This document shows, piece after piece, positions 8,965 through 17,638 of a stretch of DNA of 64,000 bases. Source of the stretch: Fibrobacterota bacterium. GTDB lineage: Bacteria > Fibrobacterota > Fibrobacteria > UBA11236. The stretch is taken from assembly GCA_028287465.1 (NCBI GenBank), contig JAQBPO010000033.1:4688-68687 (forward strand). Reading direction: 5' to 3'. The notes below the pieces were generated by a model, which worked only from the letters and a program-made list of their open reading frames with translations, made no database searches and was not told where the DNA came from. Every line of letters starts with the position of its first letter. Within the stretch, counting starts at the first letter, position 1. A program made the position numbers and the translations under genes.

Positions 8965-9138
8965 TTCCCGGCGACGCCGGGAAATTACGACGGCGACCCC
9001 AGGGACGGGGCCCTGGTGGTGGGGTTGTGCATGCACAATTGGGTAACCAGGTCTGCAATACGACCACGATCAACGTGGTGCATTCCACCTCCCTGGCGGA
9101 GGGGGCCGCGCCCGCGGCCGCCGTCCCGAAGGCGGGAC
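8965..9138. other. Hairpin-dense intergenic element (possible structured RNA/leader)
   Basis: Seven short perfect inverted repeats in ~175 nt plus long-range pairing of GGGACGG (9002-9008) with CCGTCCC (9121-9127). Confidence 0.4.
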
Positions 9139-9174
9139 CCGGTCGCGATGCCAATGGCCGGACGACGGGTCCGA

Positions 9175-11694
9175 TCAGGTCCCGACGTGCGTTTCCCGCG
9201 CATCGGGTTTTTTGATCTCGCCGTTCTTCTTGATCTCGTCCGGCTTCTTCACGCCGGACGTTTTCATGCCGTCGGCCTGCTCCTGGGGATTCAGGTAGTA
9301 ATACCCGTAACGCGCATAGTAGTTCTCGTCGGCGGGCGAACGGTGGATGCCGTTGATAACGGCCACCAGGGGGAGCTCCCGGTCCTTGAACGGTTCCAGG
9401 GCGCGTTGCGCCTCGGTGGCGGACACCACTCCGGAGCGGAGCACGTACAGGACCCCGCGGGCCATGCGCGCGAAATTCAGGGGATCCGCGGTGACGATGA
9501 CGGGCGGGCCGTCCACGATGACCACCTCGTAGGCCGACTTCATCATCTGCAGGTAGTATTCCATGGGCGCCCGGTAGGCGGCCTCGGTGGCCGACTCGTC
9601 GAAGATGCCCTTGGGCATGAGCGACAGGTTCTGCTGCGAGGTGGCCAGGAGCATGGAATGGGCGCGCCGGCCGAAATCCGGATCCACGCCGCCGCGCAAA
9701 AGGTCGATGAGGCCGCGTTGGGGGGCATGGCCGAACAGGCGTTCCTGCCGGCCATGGCGGAAATCCGCGTCGACCAACAAGGTGCGGCGGCCGCGGCGGG
9801 CGAAGCCCACGGCCAGATTGGCGGCCACCAGGGATTTGCCTTCATTGGGCTGGGTGCTGGTGACGAGGATGCACATGCCCTCGCGGCCCTGCTCGGAATC
9901 GAAGCGGTGTTCCAGCTCGACGCGCAGGGCGCGGTAGGCTTCCACGTCCGCGGCCCCGGCCAGGCGACCGTGATGCAGCAATCGATCATCCACCGAGAGG
10001 CCTCCGGGGGAGGTGGCCGGCATGCGGCGCGCGGTCCCGCCGGGAATATGGAAGAGCGAACCCACCACCTTGACCTTGAGCTTGCGTTCCGCATCGTCCT
10101 TGTTCCAGATCCGCGGGAAAAGGATCTGCGAGAGCAGGGCCCACAGGAATCCCGGGAAGATGGCCAGGACCGCGGCGGCGGCGGAAAAGACCAGGCGGTT
10201 GCTCAGGCTGGGCGCCTCGTAGATGGGGGGCCGGGCCGCGTCCATGACGTTGACCTGGAACATATTGGGGCCCGCGCCCAGCTTGGCGCGATCGTATTCG
10301 CCTTGGAGGTTGTCGAGGGCCTTTCCGGCGTTGTCGCGATCGTCGGTCAGGCGCTTGGCCTCGATGGTCAGGCCCATGTCCCCGTTGCCGCCCGGCAGGT
10401 TGCGGATGATCTCGTTGCCCGCCTGGGACAACTTCGATTGGTACATGGAGCGCGTTTCCTCGGCCAGCTTGGCCACCGGGGTGAACATGGCCGTCATCTC
10501 CTCGTCCACGGCCTTCACGTATGGGTGCGTCGCATTATAGGTCGAGGTCATGGTGGCCTTCTTGCGCTCCAGCTCGGTCATGCGCCCGCGCAGGGCCTCG
10601 GCGCGCTGGATGCCCTGGCCGCTGAGCAGGGCCAGCACCTCGCTCATCCACAGGGTCTTGTCTTCGTCGCCGTCGTTGACCGAGGGCTTTCCCGAGAGGC
10701 TCTGCATCAGGCGGTCGAGGTTGGTCTCGATCTGGGCCTTCTGGGTCTGGGCGCTCGCGAGGGCGTAGGGATTGCCTTCCTTCACCGCCAGGCGCGATTG
10801 GTTCTTCTCGTAGAATTGGGCCAGGCGATCCTGGGCCTTGTTGAAGTTCTCGCGGGAAGCGGCGATGCTCTGCTTCATCTGCTCGAGCATGTCCTGATCC
10901 TGGTTCTCGTTGTTCCCGGTATAGACCTGGATGAAATTGCCGGTGAGATGGTTCAGCACGTCCGCCACCAGGAAAGGATCCCGGTCCAGCAGCTCGATGG
11001 AATAATTGACCGCCACCTGTCCCTTGTCCAGCGGCTGCACCTTGAGACGGGAAGCGAAATCTTTCAGGGCCTCGTCCTGGGTCTGGAAGATCATGTCGAC
11101 CTGGAAACCGCGCGAAACCTCCAGCAACGGGGCCGGGAAGGAGATGTGGCCGCCCGGGATGCCCACGCCGTTCTTGGCGTCCGCCAAGCCGTCGTGGAGA
11201 AGCTGGTAGCCGCGCGTTCCCCAAGGGCGGAACAGGACGCGCACGCGCCTATCCCCGGCGAATTCGAAACGGTAGCGCCCCGGAATGGTCTGATCGCCAT
11301 AAGAGAGGCTCTGGATCACGTGCTTGCGGAACACCTCCTTGGAGGTCACCTTCATGCGGAGGCCCATCTCATCGATGGTCTTCATCAGCACCTTCTGGCT
11401 CAGGAACAACCGCACCACCGATTCCGCCTCGCCCATGGAGACGTCGCGCACGACATTCTGCTGGGTGCCCGTAACCCGCGGGAAACGGAGGTACGCCACG
11501 CTGGAATAGCTCTTGGGGATATCGTAGAAGGCGAGGAAGACCGCGGCGGGAATGGCTATCAGGGCCCAGATCGCCATGAGCTGCCACTTCTTCAGCCACA
11601 GCACATGCATGAAAGTGGACGGAGAGGACACGCTGCTCTTGGGATTGAGGTATTCCTCCAGGTCGAGACCGCGTTCCCTTTTCTTGGGATCCAT
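9175..11694 (-). CDS. wzc: Wzc-type polysaccharide co-polymerase / BY tyrosine autokinase (copy 1)
   Basis: Two TM segments around a coiled-coil periplasmic region; Walker A STQPNEGKS, LLVDADFR, VIVDGPP; tyrosine cluster YYARYGYYY. Confidence 0.92.
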   Translation of the reverse strand: MDPKKRERGLDLEEYLNPKSSVSSPSTFMHVLWLKKWQLMAIWALIAIPAAVFLAFYDIPKSYSSVAYLRFPRVTGTQQNVVRDVSMGEAESVVRLFLSQKVLMKTIDEMGLRMKVTSKEVFRKHVIQSLSYGDQTIPGRYRFEFAGDRRVRVLFRPWGTRGYQLLHDGLADAKNGVGIPGGHISFPAPLLEVSRGFQVDMIFQTQDEALKDFASRLKVQPLDKGQVAVNYSIELLDRDPFLVADVLNHLTGNFIQVYTGNNENQDQDMLEQMKQSIAASRENFNKAQDRLAQFYEKNQSRLAVKEGNPYALASAQTQKAQIETNLDRLMQSLSGKPSVNDGDEDKTLWMSEVLALLSGQGIQRAEALRGRMTELERKKATMTSTYNATHPYVKAVDEEMTAMFTPVAKLAEETRSMYQSKLSQAGNEIIRNLPGGNGDMGLTIEAKRLTDDRDNAGKALDNLQGEYDRAKLGAGPNMFQVNVMDAARPPIYEAPSLSNRLVFSAAAAVLAIFPGFLWALLSQILFPRIWNKDDAERKLKVKVVGSLFHIPGGTARRMPATSPGGLSVDDRLLHHGRLAGAADVEAYRALRVELEHRFDSEQGREGMCILVTSTQPNEGKSLVAANLAVGFARRGRRTLLVDADFRHGRQERLFGHAPQRGLIDLLRGGVDPDFGRRAHSMLLATSQQNLSLMPKGIFDESATEAAYRAPMEYYLQMMKSAYEVVIVDGPPVIVTADPLNFARMARGVLYVLRSGVVSATEAQRALEPFKDRELPLVAVINGIHRSPADENYYARYGYYYLNPQEQADGMKTSGVKKPDEIKKNGEIKKPDARETHVGT

Positions 11695-11790
11695 AAGACC
11701 GCTCCGTGCTATTTTTAATAAGAATGAAAATTTTTGCGCGGGGGCGGGACAGGTTTTAATTTAGGGTCACACTTCCGACCGGAGACCTTG

Positions 11791-12489
11791 ATGAAACGGA
11801 CCGTTCATACCGATTATAGGCGCTCTTTGGGCTTGCCTTGGGCTATTTGCCTGTTACTTTGCCTGTTTCCGGCTCTTTCGGGGGGTCTCGCCCAGGCCAA
11901 GGACCGCGAAGCGCCCCGGGAGGAATTCCTGGCCGGCGACGCCATCCGCATCCTCATCCCCGCCGATACCGGGTCGGTCCTCAAGGGCATCTATCCCATC
12001 GACGGCACCGGCATGGCGGATCTCCCCATCGCGGGGCGGGTCGTGATCGCGGGAAAGAACCGCCAGAACATCGAGCAATACCTGGCCGGGATCTGGGCGC
12101 CTTACCTGAAGGACACCCATGTGCAGGCCACGCCCGTCATCCGCGTCGCCATCATGGGAAACGTCAAGGAGCCCGGCTATTACTACCCGTCGCCCGACGC
12201 GGTCATCTTCGACGCCATCAAGATGGCGGGCGGGCCGGTCCTGCCCTTCAAGCTGGAGGAGACCACCCACCTGCGCGCCGGAAAGGAAATCAACGATGAG
12301 TTGACCAGGAACATCAGCCAGGGCATGACCTTGCGGGAAGCGGGAATCATCTCCGGCGATGAGATCCTGGTTCCCGTACCGGAGCGCATCACCCTCAAGG
12401 AAGCCATTCCCCTGGTGGGCACGGCCCTGGCCATCGTGCTGAACGCCATGACCATCTATTTCCTCACCGCGGATCGCAACAACAACTAG
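11791..12489 (+). CDS. Polysaccharide export protein, Wza/OPX-like (Poly_export + SLBB)
   Basis: ATG 11791 with SD GGAG; signal peptide; GDAIRI...IDGTGMADLPIAGRV, VAIMGNVKEPGYY, GDEILVP; hydrophobic C-terminal helix; divergent from wzc. Confidence 0.82.
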   Translation: MKRTVHTDYRRSLGLPWAICLLLCLFPALSGGLAQAKDREAPREEFLAGDAIRILIPADTGSVLKGIYPIDGTGMADLPIAGRVVIAGKNRQNIEQYLAGIWAPYLKDTHVQATPVIRVAIMGNVKEPGYYYPSPDAVIFDAIKMAGGPVLPFKLEETTHLRAGKEINDELTRNISQGMTLREAGIISGDEILVPVPERITLKEAIPLVGTALAIVLNAMTIYFLTADRNNN

Positions 12490-12510
12490 CCGGTCGATGG
12501 TGGATCGGCT

Positions 12511-13632
12511 TCAGCACACCCGGGCGAAGGCCGAATCCACGCGTTCCCGCAGGATCCGGTAGGAGAATTCGTATTCCGCGATCTCCCGGCTACGCACCGA
12601 GAACCGTTCCCGGCGGATGGGGTCGTCGAGCAGGCTGCCGATGGCCCTGGCCCAATCCTCCGTGCCCGAATGGTAGGGCATCAGGATCCCGTTCTCGCCG
12701 TTCCGCACGCCTTCCCGCACGCCTCCCACGTCCGTACCCACGATGGGCAGGCCCACGGCGCAGGCCTCCGTAACCACCATGCCCATGTGCTCCTTGCGCG
12801 TGGGGAAGACGAAGATGTCCGCGCTGCGGTAGGCTTCGACCAGTTCCATCGGATCCTTATGGCCCAGGCCGGAAAGGTGTTCTACGCCATCGGGCCAGTC
12901 GCGCCCCTTCAGGGACGGATCGTTGGACACGATGCGGAGGCGGGCGCGCGGATACAGGTGCTTGGTGAAGAGGTCGAGCAGGAACTCGCCGCCCTTGCGC
13001 GCGAAATCGTTCCCGACGAAGAGCAGGGTGGGAGGCTCCACGCGCATGCGCGACCAGTCCGGCGACCAGAGGTCGGTGTCCAGGCCTCCCGGCGCAACGT
13101 AGATCCGTTCCGGCTCCACGCCGAAATCGTTCACCAGGGAGCGCGCGCACCAATGGGTGCGGGGCAGGAAGGCGCGGGCGCGGCCGATCACGGACCGGTA
13201 CTTGGGCGTGACCAGCAGGGATTTGAGGCCGCACATCAGCTTGGCCGCGGGTCCGCGGGTGGTGTCCCGAAGCAGTCGGTAGGAGAGTAGGTTGGTGGAA
13301 TCGTGGGCGAGGATGGCGGGATAAAGGGGATCGATCTCCTGCAGCGCCGGCATCAGCTCGAAGCTCTGCACGAATACGGCTTCGGCGGGAGGCGGCGGAT
13401 TCCGGCGCAGCTTCCAGCGCAGGATGGACGACCCTACGAACAGCCCGGAAAGGCGGTTGAACGCCGGGATCTCCTTCTTATGGTTCCCGTAGTCGGACTC
13501 GTCCAGGAAGACGTAATGGGGCTTGATATGGGGCATGCCCTCCACCACGCGCATCAGATGGGAGCTGAAGGTTTTCCCTCCCAGCACCCTCGAAAGCAGG
13601 AACAGAACCGGTTTCGATTTATACCGTGTCAT
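12511..13632 (-). CDS. Glycosyltransferase family 4
   Basis: LLFVGNDFARKGG, ADIFVFPTRKEHMGMVVTEACAVGLPIV; start MTRYKSK at 13632 overlaps upstream gene end. Confidence 0.92.
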   Translation of the reverse strand: MTRYKSKPVLFLLSRVLGGKTFSSHLMRVVEGMPHIKPHYVFLDESDYGNHKKEIPAFNRLSGLFVGSSILRWKLRRNPPPPAEAVFVQSFELMPALQEIDPLYPAILAHDSTNLLSYRLLRDTTRGPAAKLMCGLKSLLVTPKYRSVIGRARAFLPRTHWCARSLVNDFGVEPERIYVAPGGLDTDLWSPDWSRMRVEPPTLLFVGNDFARKGGEFLLDLFTKHLYPRARLRIVSNDPSLKGRDWPDGVEHLSGLGHKDPMELVEAYRSADIFVFPTRKEHMGMVVTEACAVGLPIVGTDVGGVREGVRNGENGILMPYHSGTEDWARAIGSLLDDPIRRERFSVRSREIAEYEFSYRILRERVDSAFARVC

Positions 13633-14806
13633 ATGCGCCTTTCGCCTCCGCCAGGACCTGGGGCGTCTTGACGGGGATCTGCCGCAGCACGCGGCCGTAG
13701 AAATCCAGAAGACGTTGGAAATAATGGTTCGCATTGAATTCGGTGACCGAGCGCATGCGCCCGGCCATGCCCAGGCTCTTGCGGAGGACCGGGTCCCCCA
13801 TCAGGCGATCGAGCTTCGCGGCCAGGTCGTCCGCGTCCCCGGCCTTGAACAGCAGGCCGTTGACGCCGTTCTCGATCACGGTGGGTATGCCTTCGATATC
13901 GGAACCCACGAGCGGTTTCCCGCAGGCCATGGCCTCCAGGAGCACGCGCCCCATGGCCTCCGTGCGCGAAGGGAGCACGAAGATGCCGCAGCGGCCCATA
14001 TGCGAGGGCATTTCCGGCGAGTACACGGGGGGATGGTGGAAGATGTCCGGATGCCCTCCCATGGACTCCTTAAGCTCCCGGTCATCCGGGAACCAGCCGA
14101 GGATCTTGAGCTTCCAACCGGGATGGCGCGGGGCCACCTGCTTGAAGGCTTCGATGAGCAGGTCCACTCCCTTCAGGCGGAAGGGGAACCCCACGAACAG
14201 GATCACCTTCTCCTCGCCCAGGTCCTGGAAAGGTTCCAGATCCACGTAGTCGAAGAAGTGCTCCACCACGGGGGTCCGGATGCGCTCGCGGTAACGCTTG
14301 AGTTGCGCCGGGAACAGGGTCTTGATGCCGTCGGCGCGGGCCAGGGTGAAGCCGACGATGCGCGGATACAGCCACTTCTTGAACGCGAGCATGAAGCCGG
14401 GACCGCCGTCCAGGTAGTTGGCGTAGGAATCGTAGACGCCGTTGACCTCCGGCGCGAAGCGCGCGCCCGCCAATCGCGCGACCAGGAGGCCGATGAGCCC
14501 GGAGCGGAGCGGATCATAGGTCACGACCAGGTCCCAGCCTTCCGACCCGAAGCGGGCCTTCAGGGCCGTGAGGCACCCGTACAGGAGGAACTTCAGGTTC
14601 ATCCAGGGCTTCCAGAGGCCGCCGCGGCGATGGCGCAGGGCCTTCAGGGTGAAGTTGCCGAGCTTATGCTCGCCCGCTTCCGGCATGCTGGTGAGGATGC
14701 GCCCTTCATAGCGTTCGGAAAGGCGCTCCATGCGCTTACGCAGGGAGTCCTTGATTTCCCAGAGCGGTCCGGGAAGGATGAATAGGAGACGGTTGCGCTT
14801 TATCAT
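13619..14806 (-). CDS. Glycosyltransferase family 4
   Basis: ILFVGFPFRLKGVD, FVLPSRTEAMGRVLLEAMACGKP; ATGA overlap with upstream GT2 supports start 14806. Confidence 0.92.
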   Translation of the reverse strand: MIKRNRLLFILPGPLWEIKDSLRKRMERLSERYEGRILTSMPEAGEHKLGNFTLKALRHRRGGLWKPWMNLKFLLYGCLTALKARFGSEGWDLVVTYDPLRSGLIGLLVARLAGARFAPEVNGVYDSYANYLDGGPGFMLAFKKWLYPRIVGFTLARADGIKTLFPAQLKRYRERIRTPVVEHFFDYVDLEPFQDLGEEKVILFVGFPFRLKGVDLLIEAFKQVAPRHPGWKLKILGWFPDDRELKESMGGHPDIFHHPPVYSPEMPSHMGRCGIFVLPSRTEAMGRVLLEAMACGKPLVGSDIEGIPTVIENGVNGLLFKAGDADDLAAKLDRLMGDPVLRKSLGMAGRMRSVTEFNANHYFQRLLDFYGRVLRQIPVKTPQVLAEAKGAYDTV

Positions 14807-16167
14807 CTTTTGGACGGAGCCCACATGGTGATACGTTCGCCGCGGAGGTATTTGATCCAGGCGGCCAGGATGGCTGCGTTGGCCTGGGCGAAGAAGAACG
14901 GGACCTTGACCAGGGTGCTGCCCTGGGCGGACGCCGAGACCAAACCCAGGAGGGCCAGGCCGTAGAACAGCGCCTGGAAGGCGCCGGCCGCATAGGCGGC
15001 GCGTTGGCCCATGGCCATGCCCGCCAAGGTGGCGGGGACCAGGAGGATCATGAATACCGGGGCCAGCCAGCGCATGAGCTTGTGGCTCAATAGCTGGAAG
15101 GAGAAGAACCCGAAGCGGCGGAAATCGAGCATTTCCAGGTTGGCGAAAAGGGCGGTGATGCCCCGGACCAGGGTGCGCACCTTGCGCTGGAATTCGCTCT
15201 GCCCGAGCTTGATGTCCTTATAATAGCCGATCACGGCGTCGTCCGAGACCGCGCGGTAACCCAGGCGGACGCAATTCATGACCGTGTTGAAATCCGAAGG
15301 CAGATCCTCGGCCCAGAGCATGCAGACGGATCGCCGCGCGGCGAAGAAGGATCCGCTCATGCCCACCACGCCCCGGACGTCCGATTCCAGGCGGCGCAGG
15401 AGCATCTCGTAACGGACGTAAAGGCCTTCGCCCGAGGGCTTGCCGTCCTCGCCGATCATCTTGTCCGTGGAGCTCAGGGCCCCGATGGTCGGATCCTCGA
15501 ACTGACGCACCAGCAGGCGCAGGGCCTCCTTGTCGAGAAGGGTGGCCACGTCCGAAAAGACGAGGATTTCCCCCGTACTGCCGAGGATTCCGTGTTTCTG
15601 GGCATGCTCCTTGCCCTTGCGGACGGCCACCTTGGCGATCTTCACCCCGGGATAGGAGGCCGCGATTTCCTCGGTCGAGTCCGTGGAGGCGTCCGAAGCC
15701 ACGATGATTTCGAGGCGTTCGGGATCGTAATCGAGCGTTACGCTGTTTTCGAGCTTGGCGCGGATCCGGTCCTGTTCGTTATGGGCGGTGATGATCAGGG
15801 AGATCCTGGGTTCGAACCGGGGGTTCCCGTACTCGCCGCCCATCAGAACGACTCCATCCCTCGCATGGAGCGGATACGCGATGCCGTCCGCCGGGTTGCC
15901 CCTCGGTCCGGCGGATCCCGCATTGTCGTGCGCAAGGCCGCCATGGGCGCCGAAAGGGTCCGACAGGCCGGCGGTCGCGAGTACGGCATCCCCTTCGGAA
16001 GCGCGCGCCTGGTCCGATCGCGGCCCGCGGACGGCGGCCTCCCGGCGCGCTATGTTGCGCGCGGCGAAAGGCGCCTTGCGGGCGGCGAGCAATACCAGGG
16101 GGTAGATGAAATAGGAGTAGACGGACAGAAAGGCGAGGACCCCTATCAGGAATACGGTCGTTGTCAT
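14803..16167 (-). CDS. Glycosyltransferase family 2, membrane-anchored
   Basis: N-terminal TM (YSYFIYPLVL), ISLIITAHNE, ASDASTD, FSDVAT, RKVRT, C-terminal TMs (SHKLMRW). Confidence 0.92.
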   Translation of the reverse strand: MTTTVFLIGVLAFLSVYSYFIYPLVLLAARKAPFAARNIARREAAVRGPRSDQARASEGDAVLATAGLSDPFGAHGGLAHDNAGSAGPRGNPADGIAYPLHARDGVVLMGGEYGNPRFEPRISLIITAHNEQDRIRAKLENSVTLDYDPERLEIIVASDASTDSTEEIAASYPGVKIAKVAVRKGKEHAQKHGILGSTGEILVFSDVATLLDKEALRLLVRQFEDPTIGALSSTDKMIGEDGKPSGEGLYVRYEMLLRRLESDVRGVVGMSGSFFAARRSVCMLWAEDLPSDFNTVMNCVRLGYRAVSDDAVIGYYKDIKLGQSEFQRKVRTLVRGITALFANLEMLDFRRFGFFSFQLLSHKLMRWLAPVFMILLVPATLAGMAMGQRAAYAAGAFQALFYGLALLGLVSASAQGSTLVKVPFFFAQANAAILAAWIKYLRGERITMWAPSKR

Positions 16168-16458
16168 GACATCCTCTCATCCCGCCGGTGCCGCGGGACT
16201 ACGGTCCGGAAGCGAGTATATTCGATCGCAAAAAAGCCAAGGTATCCCGAAGCCGCCGAACGGGCCCGGGCGAACAAGTCCAAAATAAATTCCGCGCATG
16301 GGGGGTGGGCCGTTTCCGTAAGGCCGGATTGGAGCGGATCCCGCCCTTTTTTAACTTCAAACGGCATCGGTGCAGGCTTGTCCCGGATCCGTTTAAAACA
16401 TTGTTTGGTTGTCGGATGCGCCGATCCGCGCAGCCCCAACCTATTCAGGCGGTTTCCG

Positions 16459-17631
16459 ATGTCCGAACATGCCTCGTCCAAGCCCTCCGCGCCGCCCGTG
16501 CAGGTGGCCCATGCGATCCATAGCGGCGGTTTCTACGGGGCCGAAAAGGTCATTTGCGATCTGGCGCGCGAACAGCTCGCGAGCTCCGGTTGCGCGCCGC
16601 GCCTGTTCGCCATTCTGGATCCGGGCCAGGCCGGGAACGAGGTCGCCGATCGCGCGTCCGCCCTGGGACTGCCCGTTTCGCTCATCCATGCGCCCGTCGG
16701 CATCTCCTTCAAGGGCCTGCGGAATTATGCGCGGGCCTTGATCGAGGCCGGCGTGGTCCTGGTCCATTCCCACGGGTACAAGGCCACGGCCTTCCATCTC
16801 TGCTCCCGCTGGCTCGGCATGCATCGCGTGCCCCTGGTCGTCACCGCGCACGGGTATTCCAAGAGTTCCGGCAGCTTGAAGTCCGCGATCTACCGCTGGC
16901 TGGACATCGTCTTCCTGGGCGCCGCGGATTCCGTGGTGGCCGTTTCCCATGAGATGGAATCCTACCTGCGCGCGCGCAATCCCGTGGTCCGGCTGCGCAC
17001 CATCCCCAACGGGATCAGCCCGCAGATCCGGGTGGAGGAATCCCATCCTCTCCTGAGCGCCCTGGGCATCCTGCCCGGGGATCCGCGCCCGCCCGTGATA
17101 GGGACCGCCGGCCGCCTGGTGCCCATGAAGAACCATGCCATGCTCATCCGCGCCTACGCCGAGCTCCGCAAGATCGTTCCCTGCCGCCTCGTCATCATCG
17201 GCGAGGGCCCGTTGCGATCCTCGCTGGAGCAGCTGTGGCGCGAACTCATCCCCGACGAACCGGTCGGCCTCTATCCTTTCCAGAGCCAGGTGCTCGATTG
17301 GGTGGCGGACATGGACGTGTTCGCCCTGCCCTCCAACGACGGCGAAGGCCTGCCCATGGCCCTCTTGGAGGCCGGCCTCCTGGAACGCGCCGTGGTCTGC
17401 TCCGATTCCGGCGGCATGCCGGAACTGGTGCGCGATTGGATCACCGGCCGCCTCATCCATATGGGGGACCAGGATGCGTTGGTCAAGGCCCTGGAGGACC
17501 TGGTCCTCTCCCCTGAGAACCGGGCGGCCTACGGAAAGGCCTTGCGGAAGGAAGTGCTCGCCGACCACGACATCCGCGCCACCCACGGCCGCTATCTGGA
17601 AACCTATGCCCAAGTCCTCGCGGTGGACTGA
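16459..17631 (+). CDS. Glycosyltransferase family 4
   Basis: HSGGFYGAEKVI, HSHGYKA, GRLVPMKNH, EGLPMALLEA; real start inside ORF 15592..17631. Confidence 0.92.
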   Translation: MSEHASSKPSAPPVQVAHAIHSGGFYGAEKVICDLAREQLASSGCAPRLFAILDPGQAGNEVADRASALGLPVSLIHAPVGISFKGLRNYARALIEAGVVLVHSHGYKATAFHLCSRWLGMHRVPLVVTAHGYSKSSGSLKSAIYRWLDIVFLGAADSVVAVSHEMESYLRARNPVVRLRTIPNGISPQIRVEESHPLLSALGILPGDPRPPVIGTAGRLVPMKNHAMLIRAYAELRKIVPCRLVIIGEGPLRSSLEQLWRELIPDEPVGLYPFQSQVLDWVADMDVFALPSNDGEGLPMALLEAGLLERAVVCSDSGGMPELVRDWITGRLIHMGDQDALVKALEDLVLSPENRAAYGKALRKEVLADHDIRATHGRYLETYAQVLAVD

Positions 17632-17638
17632 GGAACCC

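Noticed and set aside
9002..9127. tRNA-like cloverleaf
   Set aside because: Too long, with no T-loop (TTCRA) or D-loop consensus and no CCA end; kept only as a generic structured element.
9016..11718. 900-aa plus-strand ORF
   Set aside because: Antisense to wzc copy 1; a by-product of GC-rich codon bias.
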